In this document: positions 18,418 through 26,237 of the stretch, piece after piece
Layout: each line of letters starts with the position of its first letter
How positions within the stretch are numbered: position 1 is the stretch's first letter
Origin: Archaeoglobus fulgidus DSM 4304
Lineage (GTDB): Archaea > Halobacteriota > Archaeoglobi > Archaeoglobales > Archaeoglobaceae
Direction: 5' to 3'
Length of the DNA: 32,000 nucleotides
Assembly (NCBI RefSeq): GCF_000008665.1
Contig: NC_000917.1
Span: 780,001 to 812,000, forward strand
The notes under the pieces: model-generated
What the model was told of the DNA's origin: nothing
Databases searched by the model: none
Seen by the model: the letters and a program-made list of their open reading frames with translations, nothing else
Position numbers and translations under genes: made by a program

Positions 18418-20067
18418 ATGTTCCTGCGCTTCATAGAGGAAGTGATTAAAGCACTGGGTGAATACGGAGACAAGAAATTTCTGAGGGAGAGCGAGCACGC
18501 TGACCTTGCCTCAACGATAGCCTTCAAGCTTGCAAAGGAGAGAAAGAAGAGCCCTAAGGAAATAGCGGACGAGATAGTGGAGAATCTCGAAGTAGAGAGC
18601 GAATACATCGGCAGTGTTGAAAGCGTAAACGGCTACATCAACTTCTTTGCGAGTTACGAGTTTCTTGAGGACACCGTTAACGTAATCCTCGACGAAGACG
18701 AGAATTACGGTCACCTCAACCTAAAAGGAGAGATTCTGATTGAACACACCTCAGCCAACCCCGACGGGCCCCTGCACATAGGTCACATAAGAAACTCCAT
18801 AATAGGGGACACCATAGCGAGAATTTTCGCCAAGGCCGGGTTCGACGTTAAAACGCACTACTACGTAAACGACATGGGAAGGCAGACCGCAATCACCGTT
18901 CTCGGCATTGAAAAGTTTGGCCTCAAGGACAAGAAGCCAGACCACGCGGTTGCTGAGGCCTACATCGAGGCCAATAAGCTGCTCGAAAGCAATCCCGAAC
19001 TTGAGGAGCAGGTGGAAAAATTGATGCTCGCTTACGAGGAGGGAGACGAGAAGACTGTTGAGAAGTTCAGAAGGGCTGTGGAGACGGCTTTAGAGGGTAT
19101 AAAGCAAACTCTGAAGACGATTAACGTCGAGCACGACGAGTTTGTTTGGGAGAGTGAGTTCGTCCGCAACGGTTACGTGGGCAAAGTCCTTGGAATTTTG
19201 GAAGAGAGGGGTCTTGTAAAGAAAAACGGTGCCTGGACTATTGAGCTTGAAGGCTTCGACAAAGAGGTGGTTTTAAGAAGGGAGAACGGAACGACTCTCT
19301 ACATCACCAGAGACCTCGCTTATCACATGTGGAAGAATGAGAATTACGAGAGATTCATAAACGTTCTTGGGGCAGACCACAAGCTTTACGGCGCTCAGCT
19401 GTCGAAAATTCTTGAGCTTCTCGGACTCAAGCCGCCGGAAATAATCTTTTTCGAGTTCGTTTCTCTGCCTGAGGGCAGCATGAGCACGAGGAGGGGCAAG
19501 TTCATCTCCGCCGATGAGCTGATAAGCAAGGTCAGGGATGAAGCGTGGAAGATACTCTCGGAGAGGGATATGGAAGAGGATGAGAAAAGGAAAATTGCCG
19601 ATGCAGTTGCTGTAGGGGCAATAAGGTTCGATTTCATAAAAATCGCCCCGGAGAAGCACATGACCTTCGACTGGAGTAAGGCTCTGGACTTTGAGAGGCA
19701 GACCGCAAGCTACATACAGTACAGCCACGCAAGGGCATGCAGCATTCTCCGAAAGGCCGTTGAAGATGGCATGCCTGAGCTTGAGTTCAAAGGAGAGCTT
19801 TGCACGGCAGGAGAGAGAAAGCTCGTGATGCTTCTCTCGAAAATGCCGTACGTCGTGAAGAGGATTGTTAGCGAGCTTCGTCCCAACGTTTTTGCGGAGT
19901 ACCTGCTGAGCGTGGCGGGAACCTTCAACGACTTCTACCGGGACCATCCCGTTCTGAAAGCGGAGTCAGAGGTTAGAATGCACAGGCTGGCCATAGTTGA
20001 TGCCACAAGAGTCGTGCTTAGAAACGGCCTCGAGCTGCTGGGAATAGAGCCGCTTGAGAGGATGTAA
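18418..20067 (+). CDS. argS: Arginyl-tRNA synthetase
   Basis: 549 aa. Class I HIGH motif PLHIGHIRN, KMSKS-equivalent MSTRRGKFI, and a C-terminal DALR-type anticodon-binding region. Confidence 0.93.
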   Translation: MFLRFIEEVIKALGEYGDKKFLRESEHADLASTIAFKLAKERKKSPKEIADEIVENLEVESEYIGSVESVNGYINFFASYEFLEDTVNVILDEDENYGHLNLKGEILIEHTSANPDGPLHIGHIRNSIIGDTIARIFAKAGFDVKTHYYVNDMGRQTAITVLGIEKFGLKDKKPDHAVAEAYIEANKLLESNPELEEQVEKLMLAYEEGDEKTVEKFRRAVETALEGIKQTLKTINVEHDEFVWESEFVRNGYVGKVLGILEERGLVKKNGAWTIELEGFDKEVVLRRENGTTLYITRDLAYHMWKNENYERFINVLGADHKLYGAQLSKILELLGLKPPEIIFFEFVSLPEGSMSTRRGKFISADELISKVRDEAWKILSERDMEEDEKRKIADAVAVGAIRFDFIKIAPEKHMTFDWSKALDFERQTASYIQYSHARACSILRKAVEDGMPELEFKGELCTAGERKLVMLLSKMPYVVKRIVSELRPNVFAEYLLSVAGTFNDFYRDHPVLKAESEVRMHRLAIVDATRVVLRNGLELLGIEPLERM

Positions 20068-20396
20068 GGGTAATAGTATCCTGAATTATTTCATTACTAA
20101 ACACCCACTTCACGTGAGAAAGCCAAGAACAAGAAAATAAGGTGGATAATCTGACAGCTCAACAAGGGAGCCCAGTAAAGGAGATATCTGCTGATGAAAG
20201 TAACACCAAGAAGCAATATGAGGAATTAGGTAAAATTCAAGACGTTACTGGTACAATTATGTTAAACATCAAATGAGCCTGAATTTTGATGAATGGAGAC
20301 TCCATATCAGGTTTTTCTCAGGAAGCTGAGAGTGTTTGAGTACACAAAGGGTTGGTTGTTTGAGGAGTGAGATTATTTCGGGATATCACATAAATG

Positions 20397-21054
20397 GGAC
20401 ATGTCCCCATTACTAAAACAAACAAGTACCAAAAAATAACACCAAAATATGCAATCAGTAAAGAATATTGTTAAGGAGCTTAAAGTCTTTTCGAAATTAA
20501 AGTTTTGGGAGTAGCAACCTATATCCAGACATCATCGGTGAGAAGAACTGCTAAAATTCTGTCAGAGTTGCATCCGGTTTCCAAATCATGAGTACATCGC
20601 TGGATAAAGAAGTTTGAGGAGAAATTTCCCATCTCAGCGGAGAAAAAAGGAATCTGATAGCGATGGATGAGACAGTGGTTAAGGCGAACAGGAAGCATTA
20701 CTACGTCTATGCTGCGATAGATGTGGAGAGGAATGAGCTTATTCTTATGAGAGTCTATACGACAAGGAATTACCTGACCACAAAGTCCTTTATCAAGGAA
20801 GTGCTTGAGTATTGCGAGAATAAACCAAAATTTGTGGTGGATAAGGCTCCCTGGCTGGTTCAGTTTGGAGAGTCTTGGATTGGAATACGAACACCAAACC
20901 TTTCGGTGAGAGAAGTCTGGTCGAATCAGTTTTCTCTTCGCTGAAGCAGCGAATTAAGATCTTTTTCTGTTCGATTAGCTGCCATAATCTCTGTAAGCTG
21001 TTTATGCTCTATTATAACAGGTATAGGTGGTGTTTGTGTTAAGTGGACACGTCC
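20397..21054 (+). mobile_element. IS6-family-like insertion sequence, inactivated, with 8-bp target-site duplication
   Basis: Imperfect terminal inverted repeats: GGGACATGTCCCCATTA (left) versus the reverse complement of the right end, GGACGTGTCCACTTA. An exact 8-bp direct repeat CATAAATG lies immediately outside both ends (20389-20396 and 21055-21062). An 8-bp TSD is the IS6-family hallmark. Confidence 0.75.
20449..21042 (+). pseudogene. IS6-like DDE transposase pseudogene (at least 3 stops or frameshifts)
   Basis: The central ORF reads DETVVKANRKHYYVYAAIDVERNE ... FVVDKAPW, the IS6 DDE signature. The N-terminal HTH part (RRTAKILSELHPVSKS*VHRWIKKFEE) is broken by stops. The C-terminal part (TFGERSLVESVFSSLKQRIK) is readable only after a 1-nt frameshift. 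Confidence 0.8.
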
Positions 21055-21194
21055 CATAAATGCACAAAAATTTATATCAAGGAAAAAGTAATTCCTGCGT
21101 GGGTTGAGATATAGTTTAGCTACAAACAGAGAATTCGAAAAAAATACTCAAAGAGCTCTTGCCTAGGGTGGAGATAGAACTGACCAACTATCAT

Positions 21195-21206
21195 AAATCT
21201 TATATC
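21195..21206 (+). promoter_or_regulatory. Candidate TATA box for the two-gene cassette
   Basis: aaatcttatatc lies about 35 nt upstream of ATG 21239. The resulting short leader carries a strong SD, GGAGGTG (21224-21230). Confidence 0.35.
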
Positions 21207-21238
21207 TGGGATAGTTAACAAAGAAGGAGGTGGAGATC

Positions 21239-22339
21239 ATGTTCCCCATCAAGCCACCAACAACCGAGCGTTTTGAGTTATCGGCAGAGTTTATAGACTA
21301 CCTAGATAGGGTCATAAAAAGTAAAGAGATGCCGACCTCACTCAAGGCGATTTTCACAATTTCCAATTTTAAGAGCGCTGATGAATTTCTCTATGATCTA
21401 AAGAAATCTGGATTTAAGCTAATATCTGACTACGGATGCGTTTTTTATCTCACAAAAAAATCTGAGTATGGAGATGTAAGATATCTTGCTCTTTTCACTG
21501 AAAATCACAATCCAATCTTTTTCACCTTAGCAACAAAAACAAAAGAGATACCACCGACTTTACTTGAATATTTAAACAAATCCCCCTATATATCTAATTT
21601 ATGGATAAGCTTAACTAAAATGGACGAATTAGTCGAGTCTCTTAAAAAAGAATATTCAGACCAGATTATGGGAACATACTTTACAGGGACGTACAGTCCA
21701 TTTTTCAAAAGAAAAGCGTTAATACGTCCGAACATAGAGAGATTTGTCGAATATAGGGGTGACGATGCAATTCAAATTTATGAGGAATACAAAAAATACT
21801 ATGGAATTCTTCCGAGGGTTTTTGAATTCAATCTGATTGGATACGGAACGTATAGACTAGACTACAGAGGGATTTTAGTTATAAAAGCTAGATCGTCTTT
21901 TAACTTTATTTATCAGCTTATGGATAGTATTGTTTCTGAAGTTGAAAAGTCTAAACAAAAAATTACCAGAGCCCGTGTCTTGGACAAATTCATGAAAACA
22001 AAACGCAAAGAATTCAAAATAAACATCAAAATACCTTGGTCCATAAAGCTAACTGAGCAGCTTGAATGCGTAAAATTTGATGACTTCGTTAAAGTTTTGG
22101 AACCTGAATGGCAATTTTTACCATTAGACATTGATATTAGTGAGAATGCAGAAAATTCAGAATTTTTGGATTTCAGTTATTTTAGAGTTATAGACCTAAT
22201 AAAACCAAGTGAATTCTCTGTTGTTTATAATAACAAAAATCTAAAGATTTACCCTTCTGATAAGTTAGATCTCGGCTCCTCTCTTAGGTTCTTCCAGTCT
22301 GTAAGGTCATCACTCGATCCGAGTGCATACCTAACTTGA
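21239..22339 (+). CDS. Orphan protein (366 aa), no recognisable domain; first gene of the AT-rich cassette
   Basis: Long intact ORF in about 30% GC DNA. The ATG at 21239 lies 8 nt after GGAGGTG, and I consider the track's GTG at 21230 less likely. I found no P-loop, SAM-binding, nuclease or TM motif by eye. Confidence 0.75.
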   Translation: MFPIKPPTTERFELSAEFIDYLDRVIKSKEMPTSLKAIFTISNFKSADEFLYDLKKSGFKLISDYGCVFYLTKKSEYGDVRYLALFTENHNPIFFTLATKTKEIPPTLLEYLNKSPYISNLWISLTKMDELVESLKKEYSDQIMGTYFTGTYSPFFKRKALIRPNIERFVEYRGDDAIQIYEEYKKYYGILPRVFEFNLIGYGTYRLDYRGILVIKARSSFNFIYQLMDSIVSEVEKSKQKITRARVLDKFMKTKRKEFKINIKIPWSIKLTEQLECVKFDDFVKVLEPEWQFLPLDIDISENAENSEFLDFSYFRVIDLIKPSEFSVVYNNKNLKIYPSDKLDLGSSLRFFQSVRSSLDPSAYLT

Positions 22340-22345
22340 TCGAAG

Positions 22346-23443
22346 ATGGCGAAATATGATAGAGATTGGTTCGCCAATAGTATTAAAAAAATAGCGGAAA
22401 AGAAGTTAGAAGAAGCTAGAAGACATGTAGAAGTGCAGCTTGATTCCGCAATAACTTTAGATAAACGCCATTGTTCGCTTGTTAGACATTGTAAATCTCT
22501 TTTGATTAACTTATATGAAAACACTCCCATAGGGTATGACATTATTATGCGTGAGCCGTTGATTGACCTATCTCTGAAAAAGAATGATATTTCTGTTTTC
22601 GATCTGGTAGCAATAAATTCCACAAACGGAATAGCTTCACTAATCGAATGTAAAACTGGCCATAATTCAAAATACATGTTGAAGAGTTTTGCTAAAAAGA
22701 TTGTGTCATTCAATGAACACTGCAGCCACATTGAAAAAATGTTAGGGATAAATATTAAAGACTCTGAATTTATTTTGTGCGTGGAATCGATTAATACTGG
22801 AGGAGTTTTGCAGTCTGTAAACGACCACACCAATAAAAAGCGAAGAGGACAAAGTTCAGCATTCAATGAATTAAGTGAGGACAAAATTAACAGGATAATA
22901 ATTTGGTCTGTTCTTGAAGGCGAAAACAAAATAGTTAAAGTGTATGGCAATCACCTTGACACAAATTTCGATAGGATCATGAGAGGTCCTCCCCTATTTG
23001 ATTACCTCTCGGATTTGGATTTAGAATATTGTTCACAACCGTGGAGGTTCATTGAAAGAGTAATTTACGAAAGAATTTTTGTAGAAAAGAAGAGATTAGA
23101 TGAAGCGAATCCTAAGGAATTTACTTACATCGAAGTCGTAAATGCGCTTGTTGATGAATTTAGTGACTTAGCTGTGGATAATTTAACATTGCGATCTATA
23201 GCCGAACAAAAAGCATCAGAAATAATAAACCATGGTATCGAATATGGGATATTTGAAGAAGTAAAGAAAAATAGATATTGCATAAAATGTAGAGGTGAGC
23301 GAATAAGCACAGTTAGAGAGAATTTAGAAAGAAAATACAGAAATAACTACATAAACAAAGAAGCCGAGAGGAAAGCTTACGAAGAAGCTAAAAAAGAAGT
23401 TAAAAGAATGCATGGAGACTTATCTAAGTTTGGCATTACTTAG
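22346..23443 (+). CDS. PD-(D/E)xK nuclease-fold protein with a probable C-terminal winged-helix region (365 aa)
   Basis: Starts 6 nt after the upstream stop. Its core reads GYDIIMRE(70) - VFD(86)LVAINSTNGIASLIE(101)CK(103)TG, the same pattern as Hjc-type resolvases and restriction endonucleases (xDLVA...hhIExK). An oligo-T run (gcattttt) follows the stop. Confidence 0.75.
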   Translation: MAKYDRDWFANSIKKIAEKKLEEARRHVEVQLDSAITLDKRHCSLVRHCKSLLINLYENTPIGYDIIMREPLIDLSLKKNDISVFDLVAINSTNGIASLIECKTGHNSKYMLKSFAKKIVSFNEHCSHIEKMLGINIKDSEFILCVESINTGGVLQSVNDHTNKKRRGQSSAFNELSEDKINRIIIWSVLEGENKIVKVYGNHLDTNFDRIMRGPPLFDYLSDLDLEYCSQPWRFIERVIYERIFVEKKRLDEANPKEFTYIEVVNALVDEFSDLAVDNLTLRSIAEQKASEIINHGIEYGIFEEVKKNRYCIKCRGERISTVRENLERKYRNNYINKEAERKAYEEAKKEVKRMHGDLSKFGIT

Positions 23444-23539
23444 CATTTTTCTCCTAACTTCAATGCTAAGTTCCTAACATCAATTCTTCAGATATTTATT
23501 TAAAAATAATTGTATTAAAACTTCTTTCCATCTTGATAC

Positions 23540-24400
23540 CAGTTCTTCAGAACTTCCACGTGAGCTTTGGCTTTTCCGCTTCGAACTTCGATTCGGGGAA
23601 GGGGAAGTATGTCTGCTCCATTGTTATGCTATTGAAACCTGTTATTCATCCTTAGTAGAAATCACACAGCTCTATTTGACGAAGCCCATCAGTGGAGCGT
23701 TGTTTTTGCTTGACGCGAGCAGTGTAACCTCTCCCCGTTATCCTATGTTATCGAAACCGCAACAGTTCTCTTCGTCCAGTCTTTTGACGGGTTTGACATT
23801 TTCAGAGTCTTTAGGTGTGAACCCCACATCCATCGACCTCAGAACCATCAACGAAGATTGCAACATCTCTAATCCTCAATTCAACTGCTCCTTCAGCCAT
23901 TTAACCGCCTCTACAAGACGATAACCAGATCCAGCACGATTTTGCTGAGCACTACGCTTAGATAGGTTGCTACCCTGCATTTCTCAGAATTCTTGCTGAC
24001 TTATCGGAGGCCTTATATCATCGTAGTTCGGAGCCTGCACCTCGTAATATCTTACCAGATTTCCATCCGCGTCAACATAACCCTCCTCATAGCTCCGAGG
24101 CTCTGTGCAACTCTGCAAACCCTCCTCGATTACGGCCTTGATCATGTTCAGACCCTGAGGTTATAAGGGGGTCTTCTGGCCTGCATGTTGGCAAGGCGGA
24201 GCTTCAGGTTGATCAGAGCGTTTTTGATCTCAGTTGCAAGATGTGTCTTCGTCCTCAGGGTGTCGACCCAGCTGCCGTCAAGACTCTTTTGTAGTTGAGA
24301 TTGCAGCCTTCCCCATCTCTCCCATGATTTGATTTGAGCTTATCGTGTTTTCCCACCTTGAACCATCTTCCTAATCTTGCTTTCCTTTAATTTTTCATAA
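23540..24400 (-). pseudogene. Unidentified broken reading frames (decayed gene or genes, or several very small ORFs)
   Basis: The minus strand gives protein-like fragments in shifting frames. Examples are ...AQIKSWERWGRLQSQLQKSLDGSWVDTLRTKTHLATEIKNALINLKLRLANMQARRPPYNLRV*, a 53-aa ORF at 24145-23984 (MIKAVIEEGLQSCTEPRSYEEGYVDADGNLVRYYEVQAPNYDDIRPPISQQEF), and MQGSNLSKRSAQQNRAGSGYRLVEAVKWLKEQLN*. No intact ORF over 60 aa exists on this strand. Confidence 0.35.
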
Positions 24401-24481
24401 TTTTCTTATTACCTTTACCGATTCCTAACCTTTACCAAACCCAATCAGGAAATTTTTAACCAGCAGTCACGAGGAAAAGAT

Positions 24482-25306
24482 ATGATAATAACCGACGACC
24501 ACATGCACCTGTACAACCACCTCAAGCTCAAAGCATTAGAGCAGTTCAGGGATGCGGGAGGGACGCACGTCTTCCTTGTCAACCTTCTGTGCCACCACTA
24601 CGGCATAAGGCCTACAAGCGGTAAGGACTTCAGGGAGGTTTTCGAAAGGCATCTCAGCCTTGTTGAGAAGGCGAACAAAATCGTGAAGGCTTACGCAGTG
24701 CTGGGAGTCCATCCAGCTGAGATTACCGTAATAGGGGACAGAATTGGCCACGAAAAAGCGGCGGAGATGATGAAGGAGGCTCTCGAAATTGCGGGAAAGT
24801 ACGTTGAGGAGGGCAAAGCTGTTGCACTGAAATCTGGAAGGCCCCACTATCCTGTAAGCAGGCACGTCTGGCAGCTGAGCAATGATGTTTTGAGGCACGC
24901 CTTTGAGGTTGCGAAGGATGTTGGATGTGCCATTCAGCTCCACACGGAGAGCTACACGAAGGAGGGAATGCTTGAAATTGCAAAAATGGCCGACGAGGTT
25001 GGCCTGAAGAGGGAGAAGGTGGTAAAGCACTTCTCCCCACCACTGATCAAGGAGTTCGAGGAGATAGGTATCTTCCCTTCTGTTCTTGCTGGAAACAATA
25101 ACGTTTTAAAGGCCGCAGAGCAGGGAAACCGCTTTACCGTTGAAACAGACTACATAGACGACAGGAAAAGGCCGGGAGCGGTTCTCGGACCAAAGACGGT
25201 TCCGAGAAAGGTGAAGGAGCTTATCGAGCTTGGTTATGAAGACATTGCCTACAAAATTTGCGTTGAGAACGTCGAAAAGGTTTATGGTGTGGAACTGGAA
25301 GAATAA
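24482..25306 (+). CDS. TatD-related metal-dependent hydrolase (amidohydrolase fold)
   Basis: 274 aa. N-terminal DDHMHL (HxH metal motif), with later His/Glu/Asp ligand positions (QLHTES, ETDY). Confidence 0.75.
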   Translation: MIITDDHMHLYNHLKLKALEQFRDAGGTHVFLVNLLCHHYGIRPTSGKDFREVFERHLSLVEKANKIVKAYAVLGVHPAEITVIGDRIGHEKAAEMMKEALEIAGKYVEEGKAVALKSGRPHYPVSRHVWQLSNDVLRHAFEVAKDVGCAIQLHTESYTKEGMLEIAKMADEVGLKREKVVKHFSPPLIKEFEEIGIFPSVLAGNNNVLKAAEQGNRFTVETDYIDDRKRPGAVLGPKTVPRKVKELIELGYEDIAYKICVENVEKVYGVELEE

Positions 25307-25315
25307 TTGGGCAGC

Positions 25316-26233
25316 ATGATAGGCGGAGATTTTGCTGTGGTAAAGGCCAAGAAAAGCCTTGAGAGGAGGGGCTTCGGGGTTAAGAGAGGGGATAAAATCT
25401 ACCTTCACCCGCTTGAGGTTGTTTACCTCCAGATAAAGGGGATAGAGAGCTTTGGAGAGCTCGAAGATGTCCTGAGTTGGGCTGAAAGCAGGATGGAGGA
25501 CTTCTCAACCTACTACTTCGTTTACGAGGACCTGAGGGATAGAGGAAACAAGGTGAAGATTCAGGGGGAGTTTTTGCTGACGAAAAAGCCCTACTTACCA
25601 ATTTCTGAAAGAAAAACAATCAGAATGGAAGAAATTGCCGAAAAGGCAAGAAATTTCGACGAGTTAAGGCTTGCTGTCGTTGACGAGGAGAGCGAGATAA
25701 CCTATTTCAGGGTGTATGAGCCAGATATGATGGGAGAGCAAAAGGAGGAGCTTCCCGAGATAGCAGGAATTCTGTCAGATGAGTATGTGATTACAAAGCA
25801 GACCGAGATTTTCAGCAGATACTTCTACGGGAGCGAGAAAGGAGATCTCGTCACACTCTCGCTGATTGAGAGCCTCTACCTTCTCGATTTGGGAAAGCTC
25901 AATCTGCTGAACGCTGACAGAGAAGAGCTTGTTAAGAGAGCGAGGGAGGTTGAGAGAAACTTTGATAGGAGGTATGAGGTTTACAGAAACCTCAAGGAGA
26001 GGGGGTTTGTGGTCAAAACTGGCTTCAAATTCGGAAGCGAGTTCAGGGTTTACAGGAAAGTCGAGAGCGTTGACGACCTGCCGCACTCGGAGTACCTTGT
26101 AGACATTGCAGACAGCAGGGAAATCAGGCTCATCGACCTTGCAAGGGCTGTAAGACTGGCCCAGAACGTGAGGAAGAGGATGGTCTTTGCCTACGGGAAA
26201 AACTATCTCTGCTTTGAGAGGGTTAAGGTTTGA
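25316..26233 (+). CDS. endA: tRNA-splicing endonuclease, tandem-repeat homodimeric type
   Basis: The ATG at 25316 gives 305 aa starting [21 protein letters not shown]. There are two EndA repeats, and the C-terminal repeat carries catalytic-type residues (YRKV...HSEYLV...K). It matches my recollection of the A. fulgidus enzyme. Confidence 0.92.
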
Positions 26234-26237
26234 TAGT

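Noticed and set aside
18045-18498. Two minus-strand ORFs (97 and 116 aa) rich in Pro/Gly/Arg
   Set aside because: They lie antisense to the SRP RNA gene. They stay open only because that RNA gene is very GC-rich, and their composition is not protein-like.
20143-20277. 44-aa GTG-initiated ORF (VDNLTAQQGSPVKEISADES...) between argS and the IS
   Set aside because: It is short, has no motif, and has only a weak start context. It could be a remnant or chance, so I did not list it as a feature.
21758-21766. GDD tripeptide in the orphan cassette protein (polymerase-like motif C)
   Set aside because: It is an isolated tripeptide with no accompanying polymerase motifs A or B, so it is too short to mean anything.
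22466-22489. RHCSLVRH string in the nuclease-like protein (Rx6H, HEPN-like)
   Set aside because: It is a very short, degenerate pattern in a predicted N-terminal helix. No other HEPN feature is visible.
23676-23924. 82-aa plus-strand ORF in the decayed region
   Set aside because: It is Ser/Leu/Thr-rich and low in complexity. It lies antisense to more protein-like fragments and has no start context.
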